From Marine group II euryarchaeote REDSEA-S11_B3N4 (GTDB lineage: Archaea; Thermoplasmatota; Poseidoniia; Poseidoniales; Thalassarchaeaceae): a stretch of DNA of 64,000 nt. The position numbers and the translations under genes were made by a program. Below the pieces are notes generated by a model. It made no database searches. It saw only the letters and a program-made list of their open reading frames with translations, and was not told the origin of the DNA. Shown here piece by piece: positions 9,060-17,158 of this stretch; within the stretch, counting starts at the first letter, position 1; each line of letters starts with the position of its first letter. Location of the stretch: positions 146,563-210,562 of the forward strand of contig LURR01000012.1 in assembly GCA_001628485.1 (NCBI GenBank). Reading direction: 5' to 3'.

Positions 9060-10153
9060 TGGGGATGGGCCTTGGTGAGCATCTGAAAGTCACGCTATTT
9101 GGGGAAAGTCACGGCAAGTGTGTAGGTGCGCTATTCGAGGGAATTCCTCCAGGAACAGAAATTGACTTGGATGCTCTTGTGAACGACTTATCTCTCAGAA
9201 AACCTGGAAGAAGAGGAATGTCAGCCAGATTGGAGACCGACGAATGCGAGATTCTGTCAGGAGTGCATGAGGGAAAGGCAACAGGTTGGCCGTTGCTAAT
9301 GATCGCTAGAAACTCAGATGCGCGGTCTTCTGACTATAGTTTCCTCCCCGATCACCCACGCCCTGGCCATGCTGACATGGTTGAGGAAATAAGATCCAGT
9401 GGATCCAACGATCCCCGAGGAGGAGGGTCGCAGTCTGCCAGGCTCACTCTTGGATTAGTGGCAGCTGGAAGCCAGGTCAGGAAGATGCTGGACGAAGCAG
9501 GTTGGTCCTGTCACGCCCATCTAAGCAGGGTAGGGGACATCACCGCCAGGCCATTGATCCATCTCGATATTTCCAAGGCACTCGAAGAGGGAACGGAGAT
9601 GTCCAGGCTAAACTGCAGAGATCCCGACGCAGCAGTAAGAATGGGAGAATCGATAAGAAAAATCCGAAGGGAGAAAGACTCAATTGGTTCGGTGGTAGAG
9701 TTGTTGATTCTCGGACTTCCCATTGGTGTAGGGGAACCATGGTTCGACGGACTGGAGCCGTCTCTTGCAAGGGCACTCATGGCAATTCCTGGAGCTAGGG
9801 CAATAGAGTTCTCTAATGGCACCGAGGCATCAAGGATGAGAGGTTCAGAGAATAATGACATGTGGGGACCAGGTGATAAAGTGCCCGAATTGGAAGGGGC
9901 CAAGACTGGAGATGCGGATGGAGCCCTAGGAGGCAGATCGACAGGGGCACCGTTAAGGGTGTTGGTGCATTTCAAACCACCAAGCAGCCTACCGAGGGAG
10001 CAATTCACTTTGCATCTTCCGAGTAACAAGAAACAGTCACTAAAGGTAGGCGGAAGGCACGATCCAGTGATTGGCCCGAGAGCAGCACCTGTTGTCGAGG
10101 CGGTGGCAATGTTGGTCGTCGCAGATCTGGGAATTGCCGGCGGATTCCTTTAG
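9056..10153 (+). CDS. aroC: Chorismate synthase
   Basis: FGESHG, RPGHAD, RGGG-x-x-SAR, DSIGS, FKPPSS and GRHDP motifs. Confidence 0.95.
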   Translation: MMGMGLGEHLKVTLFGESHGKCVGALFEGIPPGTEIDLDALVNDLSLRKPGRRGMSARLETDECEILSGVHEGKATGWPLLMIARNSDARSSDYSFLPDHPRPGHADMVEEIRSSGSNDPRGGGSQSARLTLGLVAAGSQVRKMLDEAGWSCHAHLSRVGDITARPLIHLDISKALEEGTEMSRLNCRDPDAAVRMGESIRKIRREKDSIGSVVELLILGLPIGVGEPWFDGLEPSLARALMAIPGARAIEFSNGTEASRMRGSENNDMWGPGDKVPELEGAKTGDADGALGGRSTGAPLRVLVHFKPPSSLPREQFTLHLPSNKKQSLKVGGRHDPVIGPRAAPVVEAVAMLVVADLGIAGGFL

Positions 10154-11076
10154 CCGGATTGACTTTCTAAATACTGCTGAATCCTGAGAGGGAGGTTAAT
10201 TGCGAACATTCCTGCTATCACGATGAATACCAGGATAGTCCCCAATGCGACGCCGTAAACGCTAGTCAACTCCACGCTCTCCTCGAGACGATTTGCAGCA
10301 ACTGAGTCGAAAATTCCTACGAATAGGGGAACGAAGAAATTGATGAACAGAGTCAGTGTTGCTACCAATGCTGCAACCACAGGGGTGTATCCAAGTGCCC
10401 TGTTGTATCTGTCCGTGATGCTCTTGACGTTCATCACGTAGACCTCTCCGGTTCTTATTGAGGTATCGAGCATGGAGAAACGGATTACCGCGCTTGAGAC
10501 TTCGATGTATACGACTAGGAAGACTGCGTACAATATTAGTAGCAATTTCTGCATTATTTCGTTCTCTGGCAAAAAGCTCAGTCCAAACTCAACCTTGCTT
10601 CCAGCGAACCTGATAGTGACCAGAATTAGCATTACGTAAGACAGCAAAATCGCCCTTTGGTCCCTCTGCCAAACCCCCCAGAAACCAGATATCAGTCCAA
10701 TAATAATCATCAGTAGATGGAGCCATAGGCCAAGGAAGCCAAATCCGATCATGTTTGATATCGCGAACCATGCAGTTCCGGATACTGGCGTGAGCATGAA
10801 AGTAAGGAACCCGAGGACTAAGAGCGAGCCTATTGCCCCCATCTGAAGGTTCAGAACCATTTTGTTTGGCGATACGAACTCTCTATTGACCAGAATTGGG
10901 CCTCCGAAGATCGCATCTATCCAACTTGGTATGGCGACATCTGGAACCGCATCATCAGGTATGCCGCTGTCCGCCTTCAGTGTTCCAGCTGCCCTTTTCC
11001 TGCTAGGGGCAGATGAGCGAACTACCTTGCCCTCATACAGATGGGATGTGTCGACCGGACCCTTGCCTTCTTCCAT
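10150..11076 (-). CDS. Multi-pass membrane protein (MoxR cluster-associated)
   Basis: About 6-7 hydrophobic segments; last gene of the MoxR/DUF58 cluster. Confidence 0.75.
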   Translation of the reverse strand: MEEGKGPVDTSHLYEGKVVRSSAPSRKRAAGTLKADSGIPDDAVPDVAIPSWIDAIFGGPILVNREFVSPNKMVLNLQMGAIGSLLVLGFLTFMLTPVSGTAWFAISNMIGFGFLGLWLHLLMIIIGLISGFWGVWQRDQRAILLSYVMLILVTIRFAGSKVEFGLSFLPENEIMQKLLLILYAVFLVVYIEVSSAVIRFSMLDTSIRTGEVYVMNVKSITDRYNRALGYTPVVAALVATLTLFINFFVPLFVGIFDSVAANRLEESVELTSVYGVALGTILVFIVIAGMFAINLPLRIQQYLESQSG

Positions 11077-11085
11077 AATTACGCC

Positions 11086-12405
11086 TCAGAATCCCCTTGC
11101 CCCGGCTAGGGCCGTGAATAGTAGCATATCCGGCTCCCAGTCCATCACATACGCACCAAGTCCTCTTAGCTCGGTCATCAGAATGTCTCTCTCTGTTTTC
11201 AGCACCTCGTAGCCTGTTCTGTCTATTCTTCTCGCATCGAATTCGAACTCCAAGCTGCTCGGTGAAAGTACTGTGACCTCGAAGTTCCTAGCCCTAAGGT
11301 CCCTAACTGCATCGACTATTGTCGGATCGTCCTCCAACGGTGACAGGATGATGATGGGGCTGCCTCTGTGAATGTGAGGCATGATTCGGGTAGTCACAAT
11401 CTTCAGCGGAGTGTTCCCTTTCGCCATAGCGCCCGCAAGTTTTGTCAGTATCACGTACAACTGCTTCTTACCTGTATCCCTGTCCACCGAGACAATTTCG
11501 TCCCCATAGACCACGAGCCCTACGGAGTCACGCCTTGATAGGAAGTGCTGGGTGAGGCTCGCTGCTGCTCTAGTGCTGTAAACCAGAGAGTTTCTACTCA
11601 CTGGTCCAGTTTCACTCACCGCCCTACTGTCAACTAGAATAATTACATCGCTTACAGCGTCCCTCTCAAATTCGTTAACCATCATCTTGCCATCCTGTCT
11701 GGCAGTCGCTTTCCAGTTTACTTTCCTTATCGGGTCGCCTGGCAAGTACTCTCTAAGGTTGTAGAAGTTCGAACCCTCGCCGGGGTTTCTGATATTCACT
11801 GCTCCAGTGAAAATCTTTGGAACCCTACTCTTGATCATCGCATCTTTGATATCCTCCATCTTCGGGAAGACAAGGAAATCGTCGTAGAGTTGCACCTCTT
11901 TCTCATTGTGGAACAGCCCTAACTCATCTTGAACCCTAATGCAAACCGGGCCTATGGTGTAGAAACCTCTCAAGGGGGTCTCTATTGTGTAGGAGATCTC
12001 AGTCTCTCGTTTCGGTCCTATTTCCATCAGCACGTAATTCGCACCTTTCTTGATTCTCATGACCTCAGGAACCCTATCCCTGACCTCCAAGACCTTTGCA
12101 ATTGCAGATCTATTCTGAATCCTGAGGGTGACGTCTATCTCGCCATCCTCGAAAACTCTGGATGTAGAGGTCTTCCTCATGGCCACAATACTCTGAAGTT
12201 GTATTCCCTCGTCCAGAACAGCTTCCTCGAGCCTCCTGCCCGAGGAGGCTACATCTCCGTGCGCCGTCCTAAGAGCCGCCCAAGTTAGGAATGAAAGAAG
12301 AACTACCGCTACCGTTACTAGCTGTTGGTTCCGAAGCACTAGTCCTAGCAGGTACATCGCAACCGAAAGAGATGCGAACATCGCAGACTTTCGGCTCCAG
12401 GCCAC
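11086..12405 (-). CDS. DUF58 domain protein (vWA-like MoxR partner)
   Basis: FYNLREYLPGDPIRKVNWKATAR and MVNEFE motifs, N-terminal TMs; follows MoxR. Confidence 0.92.
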   Translation of the reverse strand: MAWSRKSAMFASLSVAMYLLGLVLRNQQLVTVAVVLLSFLTWAALRTAHGDVASSGRRLEEAVLDEGIQLQSIVAMRKTSTSRVFEDGEIDVTLRIQNRSAIAKVLEVRDRVPEVMRIKKGANYVLMEIGPKRETEISYTIETPLRGFYTIGPVCIRVQDELGLFHNEKEVQLYDDFLVFPKMEDIKDAMIKSRVPKIFTGAVNIRNPGEGSNFYNLREYLPGDPIRKVNWKATARQDGKMMVNEFERDAVSDVIILVDSRAVSETGPVSRNSLVYSTRAAASLTQHFLSRRDSVGLVVYGDEIVSVDRDTGKKQLYVILTKLAGAMAKGNTPLKIVTTRIMPHIHRGSPIIILSPLEDDPTIVDAVRDLRARNFEVTVLSPSSLEFEFDARRIDRTGYEVLKTERDILMTELRGLGAYVMDWEPDMLLFTALAGARGF

Positions 12406-12421
12406 CTTTACACCTCAAAAT

Positions 12422-13495
12422 TCAGACCGTGGGGACATTCGCGGCATTCTTACCATGCAGAATATCTCGAATGACCTCGCCGGTCTCGAGTCCCTTAATC
12501 TGGTGCTCTGGCTTCAGAATAATCCTGTGAGCCACTGCCAGTTCTGCAATCGCCTTCACGTCGTCTGGTGTCACGAAGTCCCTTCCTCGCATGGCCGCAA
12601 CAGCCCTGCTGGTCTTCAGGAGGGCTTGAGAACCTCTCGGGGAAGAACCCACGAGAACTCTCGGATCTTCCCTCGTCCTAGCAACGATATCCACCATGTA
12701 CTCTCTGACAGACCTGTCAACGTAGACTTCCTCGCATGACTTCTGCATCTTGACCACAATACTTGGGTCGGTGATACTGTTCACCTCGACCTCGTCAGTC
12801 TTTCTGTCAATCCTCCTCTGAAGGATCTCGTTCTCATCTGCTCTGTCCGGGTATCCGACCATCATCTTCATCATGAAACGGTCAAGTTGTGCCTCTGGAA
12901 GCGGGTAAGTTCCCTCCTGCTCCACTGGGTTCTGGGTTGCCATGGTTAGGAAAGGAGAGGGTAGCTTGTGTGTAACCACGCCGATCGTGACCTGCTTCTC
13001 CTGCATCGCCTCTAGAAGAGCAGCCTGTGTCTTCGGGGGCGCTCTGTTAATCTCGTCAGACAGGAGGAGATTACAGAAAATGGGACCGGGCTTGAAGGTG
13101 AACTCTCCCTTCTTAGCGTCGTAAATATTAGTCCCAGTTATGTCCGCTGGAAGAAGATCTGGAGTGAATTGAACTCTCTTGAAGTCACACCCAAGGGCAT
13201 CTGCGAACGTATTTGTCATCAGCGTCTTTGCCAATCCGGGAAAATCCTCGAACAATAGGTTTCCATTCGAAAGAATGTCCACCATTACGTTATCAATAAC
13301 GTGTGACTTTCCTATGATTACCTTCTGTACCTCAGTACTGATTGCCTGTCCCATGGCACCTGTTGCAGCCAAAACCTCGTCTACCTTGCTCGATCCACGG
13401 GCTTCCTGCGCTTTCTTCGCTAAAGCCGCGTCATGTGTGCCAGTATTCGGCGTTTGCATCCCTTTTGGTGGTCCTGTTTCACTCATTTTTTTCAC
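12422..13495 (-). CDS. moxR: MoxR-family AAA+ ATPase
   Basis: PGLAKT, RVQFTPDLLPADITG, DEINRAPPKTQAALLEAMQE and NPVEQEGTYPLPEAQLDRF motifs. Confidence 0.95.
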   Translation of the reverse strand: MKKMSETGPPKGMQTPNTGTHDAALAKKAQEARGSSKVDEVLAATGAMGQAISTEVQKVIIGKSHVIDNVMVDILSNGNLLFEDFPGLAKTLMTNTFADALGCDFKRVQFTPDLLPADITGTNIYDAKKGEFTFKPGPIFCNLLLSDEINRAPPKTQAALLEAMQEKQVTIGVVTHKLPSPFLTMATQNPVEQEGTYPLPEAQLDRFMMKMMVGYPDRADENEILQRRIDRKTDEVEVNSITDPSIVVKMQKSCEEVYVDRSVREYMVDIVARTREDPRVLVGSSPRGSQALLKTSRAVAAMRGRDFVTPDDVKAIAELAVAHRIILKPEHQIKGLETGEVIRDILHGKNAANVPTV

Positions 13496-13504
13496 TCCAT
13501 TTTA

Positions 13505-15115
13505 TTAGTTATTTTTTCCCCAGCGGCGAATAGCTTGCATCAACTTGCGCAACTCTTGTGGCGTGTACGTCCGGCTTTGGCTATAAGCCAATTCCACGAG
13601 ACGAGGATCCCCGATCATCGCCTGAACTTCAGGCGGGGGAGTCATCGCCATCTCATCTCTGGTGAGGTCATGATGTATCCTAACCTTCGTCAGCAGCGAT
13701 TTCCTAACCCTATCCCTATATGTGGCAGGGTCGAGTTTCTCCGGACGCTGGTTGAATTTGGTCAGATCAAAGACGTGCCTCCAGTTCTCCTTTTCAGGTA
13801 CTACCATCATAGCAACGAGGAGGAGAAGGGTGACATTCAGAACCACTAGCCACTTCAGGAATTGATTTGAAGTAAGCAGGACGACAGTCCCCATGGTCTG
13901 AACGAATGGTTCGGAGACGACTCCAGTTACGTGCCTGCTCTCGTCGAAAACGACTTGGAAGTTCGAAGGATCGCTTCGTATAGGAGCATTCAGATTTACA
14001 TTATCGAACTCCATCATATCATACACAAGTAGTCTGAAGTATCTCTCATTCCCGTCCCATTCGTTGTTGTTGAGGATCTCTTGGGTCCAACAATTATTTC
14101 GCGTGTAATCGCCAATCGCGGAGCAGTCTTGGCTGAGCCCTTGATCCTTTGCGACTGCTAGCTCCCAAAGCATGTTCGAGAAAGCCTCGTCGTCTGCTAC
14201 GAACACAATACTTCCGGTGACTTCCAACTCGCCTACACCAGCTGAAAAAGCCCCTCTTCCTTCGTCCGCCACTTTGTCCAGGACCTTTATCCCAGGGTAA
14301 TCGAACCTCATCATTAGCCTCAGATCACCAGTGGCCGGGTTAGCCGGATTGGTAGGGTCACCATCTCCGGCCCTGTCAATGAATGCAGAGGGAGAGGCGG
14401 CACCCAGTGTCATTATGTCCCTATGATCTGGATTTTCGATATCTTTGTCCGTTGGTTCGAACATCATTCCTGTAGGGCCCCTGTACATTACTGGAAGTCT
14501 GCAGTCGTTCAGACCGTCCGGATTCTGAATTTGGAATGCAGTACAACCTTGCATCAGTGCTCCAGGGGACATATCTCCAATGTCCTGATTTACCGGTGAT
14601 GCGCTCCAAACATTGCCCCAGTCGACTTCTTGTTGACCCTGTTGCGTGTATACCCAATGCTGCTTATCGTCCAGCAGGGGTGCGTCCATGTATCTGACTC
14701 CGAATAGTATTGCCAGATTATGTGCCTGAGTATTGTCAGCAGCTACGATTACCTTGCCGCCTTTCTCAGTGACGAATCTGAAAATTTCGTCTGCCTCGGT
14801 CTGATCGATCGGTTTTTCAGGAGCAATGATGGTCAGCAGTGTTCGATGAGGGTCCTTCCAATCATTAACGAGCATTGGTGTGGACATAGTATTCGCAACG
14901 TAGTAACCAGAGTCCCTATTCTCAACATACTCTCCCTCGAAACTATCTCTCATATCGGACAACTGGCCCAAGCCATCCGTATCGTAAGCAGAGTAATTTG
15001 ACGATTTTCCGACAACGAAGAACATAGGCATCACTAGGAGTAATATTGACGTAATTACTAGGGAATACAAAACGTTCCTGTTGAATCTCGCTTCACTATC
15101 CATGTCAATTGCCAT
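13505..15115 (-). CDS. DUF4350-like membrane-anchored protein
   Basis: N-terminal TM, S-x-Y...G-x-S motif, FVTEKGGKVIVAAD, VVFDESRH and a C-terminal TM; typical position upstream of MoxR. Confidence 0.75.
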   Translation of the reverse strand: MAIDMDSEARFNRNVLYSLVITSILLLVMPMFFVVGKSSNYSAYDTDGLGQLSDMRDSFEGEYVENRDSGYYVANTMSTPMLVNDWKDPHRTLLTIIAPEKPIDQTEADEIFRFVTEKGGKVIVAADNTQAHNLAILFGVRYMDAPLLDDKQHWVYTQQGQQEVDWGNVWSASPVNQDIGDMSPGALMQGCTAFQIQNPDGLNDCRLPVMYRGPTGMMFEPTDKDIENPDHRDIMTLGAASPSAFIDRAGDGDPTNPANPATGDLRLMMRFDYPGIKVLDKVADEGRGAFSAGVGELEVTGSIVFVADDEAFSNMLWELAVAKDQGLSQDCSAIGDYTRNNCWTQEILNNNEWDGNERYFRLLVYDMMEFDNVNLNAPIRSDPSNFQVVFDESRHVTGVVSEPFVQTMGTVVLLTSNQFLKWLVVLNVTLLLLVAMMVVPEKENWRHVFDLTKFNQRPEKLDPATYRDRVRKSLLTKVRIHHDLTRDEMAMTPPPEVQAMIGDPRLVELAYSQSRTYTPQELRKLMQAIRRWGKNN

Positions 15116-15135
15116 GGTTTCTAACCCCCTTTTAG

Positions 15136-15152
15136 TTGGGCCGTAGGCCCAA
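15136..15152. promoter_or_regulatory. Perfect 7-bp hairpin TTGGGCC-gta-GGCCCAA in the 5' region of the DUF4350-MoxR operon
   Basis: Read directly; lies about 20 nt upstream of ATG 15115 on the minus strand. Confidence 0.35.
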
Positions 15153-15236
15153 GCAACATCCGTCCGACAATTAATTCACGGTTATATGTTGCTGAGCATA
15201 GTTCGCTAATCCTGTTGGAAGTGAAGATTGCACGTT

Positions 15237-16175
15237 TTAATCTTCAATCCTTTTGCTGTAGGCCAATGCTGCAAGCAATCCAATAGATAGCACACCTAAA
15301 CCCGGTGCAGAGAGGTTAGACTCTATCGAGTCATCCGTTTCGCTGACAACGTTATCCTGCCCTCCAGAGCCCTGATCTCCAGTTGGAGGCGGTTCCACCG
15401 TAACCCTGACTTCGTCTTCTGATGCGCCTGACGCTCCATTTCTCTTCGAAGTCACAGATACCGTGATGTCACAGTGTCTCTTCGGGTGGCTTTCTGATGC
15501 AGTAACCTTGAGGTCCGCGTCCTTGGCCCTTCCAGATTCTATATTGCCGCTTAGAAGGGCATCTAGTCCACTATCGGTCGTCAAGAGTGGGCAATCATCC
15601 CTGACGTCCACTTCGGCCACTCCATCCTGTGCGTTTCCATTGTTTCTCACTGTCACGGTTAGTATGGTGTCAGTGCCTGCGTTCATCGGCCCGAATGGCT
15701 CAGAAATATCCACGACTAAATCAAATATCGAGGGTATCTCTAAGTCTCCCTCTCTGTTCTGAGAAGAAGATAAAGGATCAGGAATACCTTGTCTAGAGGT
15801 TATCGTCGCAGTGATTGAGAATTTCTCTTTCTTTTCCGCGTCTTGGGATAGTACATCTATTCCGCTAATCTTCAGTTCAAACGTCTCGTTTGAACCAGAA
15901 GAAACGGACTCTTCCTCAGGACCGTCATGACTTCCTCCAAATGGGATATTGTACTCAAACTGCACCGTTATCTCCGTCAGTCCTGAATTTTCAACGAAGA
16001 ACTCAACTTTGGCCGAACCATCATCAGACAAGACGAAGGAATTGGTTGAATCCTCACCTGGATATTTTATTCCTAACTCCCAGGACTCTAAGTCCTGTCC
16101 CGATGCAGGGGGAACCGCCACAAGAGATGCAGCTAGAATGGTCCCAATAATCAAAGAGCGAACTCTCGAACCCAT
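15237..16175 (-). CDS. Secreted Ig-like surface protein with a PGF-CTERM-like sorting signal (choice-of-anchor T-like)
   Basis: Signal peptide, two beta-rich repeats (VENSG / VRNNGNAQD), low-complexity linker, then APGLG + TM + basic tail. ATG overlaps the stop codon of the FAD subunit (TGATG). Confidence 0.7.
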   Translation of the reverse strand: MGSRVRSLIIGTILAASLVAVPPASGQDLESWELGIKYPGEDSTNSFVLSDDGSAKVEFFVENSGLTEITVQFEYNIPFGGSHDGPEEESVSSGSNETFELKISGIDVLSQDAEKKEKFSITATITSRQGIPDPLSSSQNREGDLEIPSIFDLVVDISEPFGPMNAGTDTILTVTVRNNGNAQDGVAEVDVRDDCPLLTTDSGLDALLSGNIESGRAKDADLKVTASESHPKRHCDITVSVTSKRNGASGASEDEVRVTVEPPPTGDQGSGGQDNVVSETDDSIESNLSAPGLGVLSIGLLAALAYSKRIED

Positions 16176-17158
16176 CAACTCACCAGTAACTTCCTACACG
16201 CCCTTTTCGTTAAGACCTTCACCATTTTCCTTCTATAAGACGGGGAGAACCAAGTGTTCTGGACAGGCTTTACTGCCTTTCTAATCGACTCTGATAGAAT
16301 TTCGACGGTCTCAACTCCACTCCAATTCTCGAGTGCGCCCTTCGCTTCTTCTGAATGCAAGCTAGGAATAGACTCTAGGCCAGTGGTTGCTACTCTAAGA
16401 TTTGATGGGCCATCTCCCTCATCTCCTTTCCAGAGAACAGCTACGCCCGCTTCAGGGAAGTCCCAGGATTCACGCTGCCTCAACTTCTGATAGTCTCCGC
16501 TCCAATCCGATGCATCTTCAGGTAGAGTGATGTGGGTGACCATTTCTCCAGGTTCGAGTACATTTCTGGTCATTCCGTCTAGCTTGAAGAAATCACATAG
16601 TGACATGGAGCGCTTTCCTTTGGGTGATGCTAGGTGGATTGTGGCACCTAGGCACATCAGTACAGGAGCCAAATCTGCTTGATAGGTTGCAACGCACAGC
16701 GTGTTTTGGTTCGGAATTACTCTACAATCGGCCCCAGTGCCACAATCACATTTGTGACACCAGTCAATTGACTCCCTCCATGTTTCCGACTGATTGATCC
16801 AGTAGCACCTAGTATCCAGGCATATATTTCCTCCAACTGTCCCGGACCTTCTGATCATCACACTCGCAATTGAGTCTGCTGCCTTGGCTAACACAGGGTG
16901 GGTCGACTCGTGCTCGGCTAACTCGTTGATACTGACCATAGCGCCAATACTTTCCTCGCTTATCTCTCGCAGCTCGGCTATGGAAGAAAGCGAGATAACG
17001 TGCCTCTTCACATTGATGTGCCACTTGTAATTTGGAAGCAGATCGGTTCCTCCAGCGACCCAGTCGAACTCCTCTCCAGATTCTGAAAGCTCTCTAGACA
17101 TTGTTAGCGCCTCATCCAAACTCTTCGGCGAAAGAACACGGAAGGGGGGCATCCTCAT
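16175..17158 (-). CDS. Mo-hydroxylase FAD subunit with a [4Fe-4S] insert (4-hydroxybenzoyl-CoA reductase beta / PaoB-like)
   Basis: AGGTDLL, TVGGNIC, Cys-rich insert TRC-x15-CHKCDC-x5-C-x9-C, KLRQRESWDFP and YRRKM motifs; ATGA overlap with the Mo subunit. Confidence 0.88.
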   Translation of the reverse strand: MRMPPFRVLSPKSLDEALTMSRELSESGEEFDWVAGGTDLLPNYKWHINVKRHVISLSSIAELREISEESIGAMVSINELAEHESTHPVLAKAADSIASVMIRRSGTVGGNICLDTRCYWINQSETWRESIDWCHKCDCGTGADCRVIPNQNTLCVATYQADLAPVLMCLGATIHLASPKGKRSMSLCDFFKLDGMTRNVLEPGEMVTHITLPEDASDWSGDYQKLRQRESWDFPEAGVAVLWKGDEGDGPSNLRVATTGLESIPSLHSEEAKGALENWSGVETVEILSESIRKAVKPVQNTWFSPSYRRKMVKVLTKRACRKLLVS

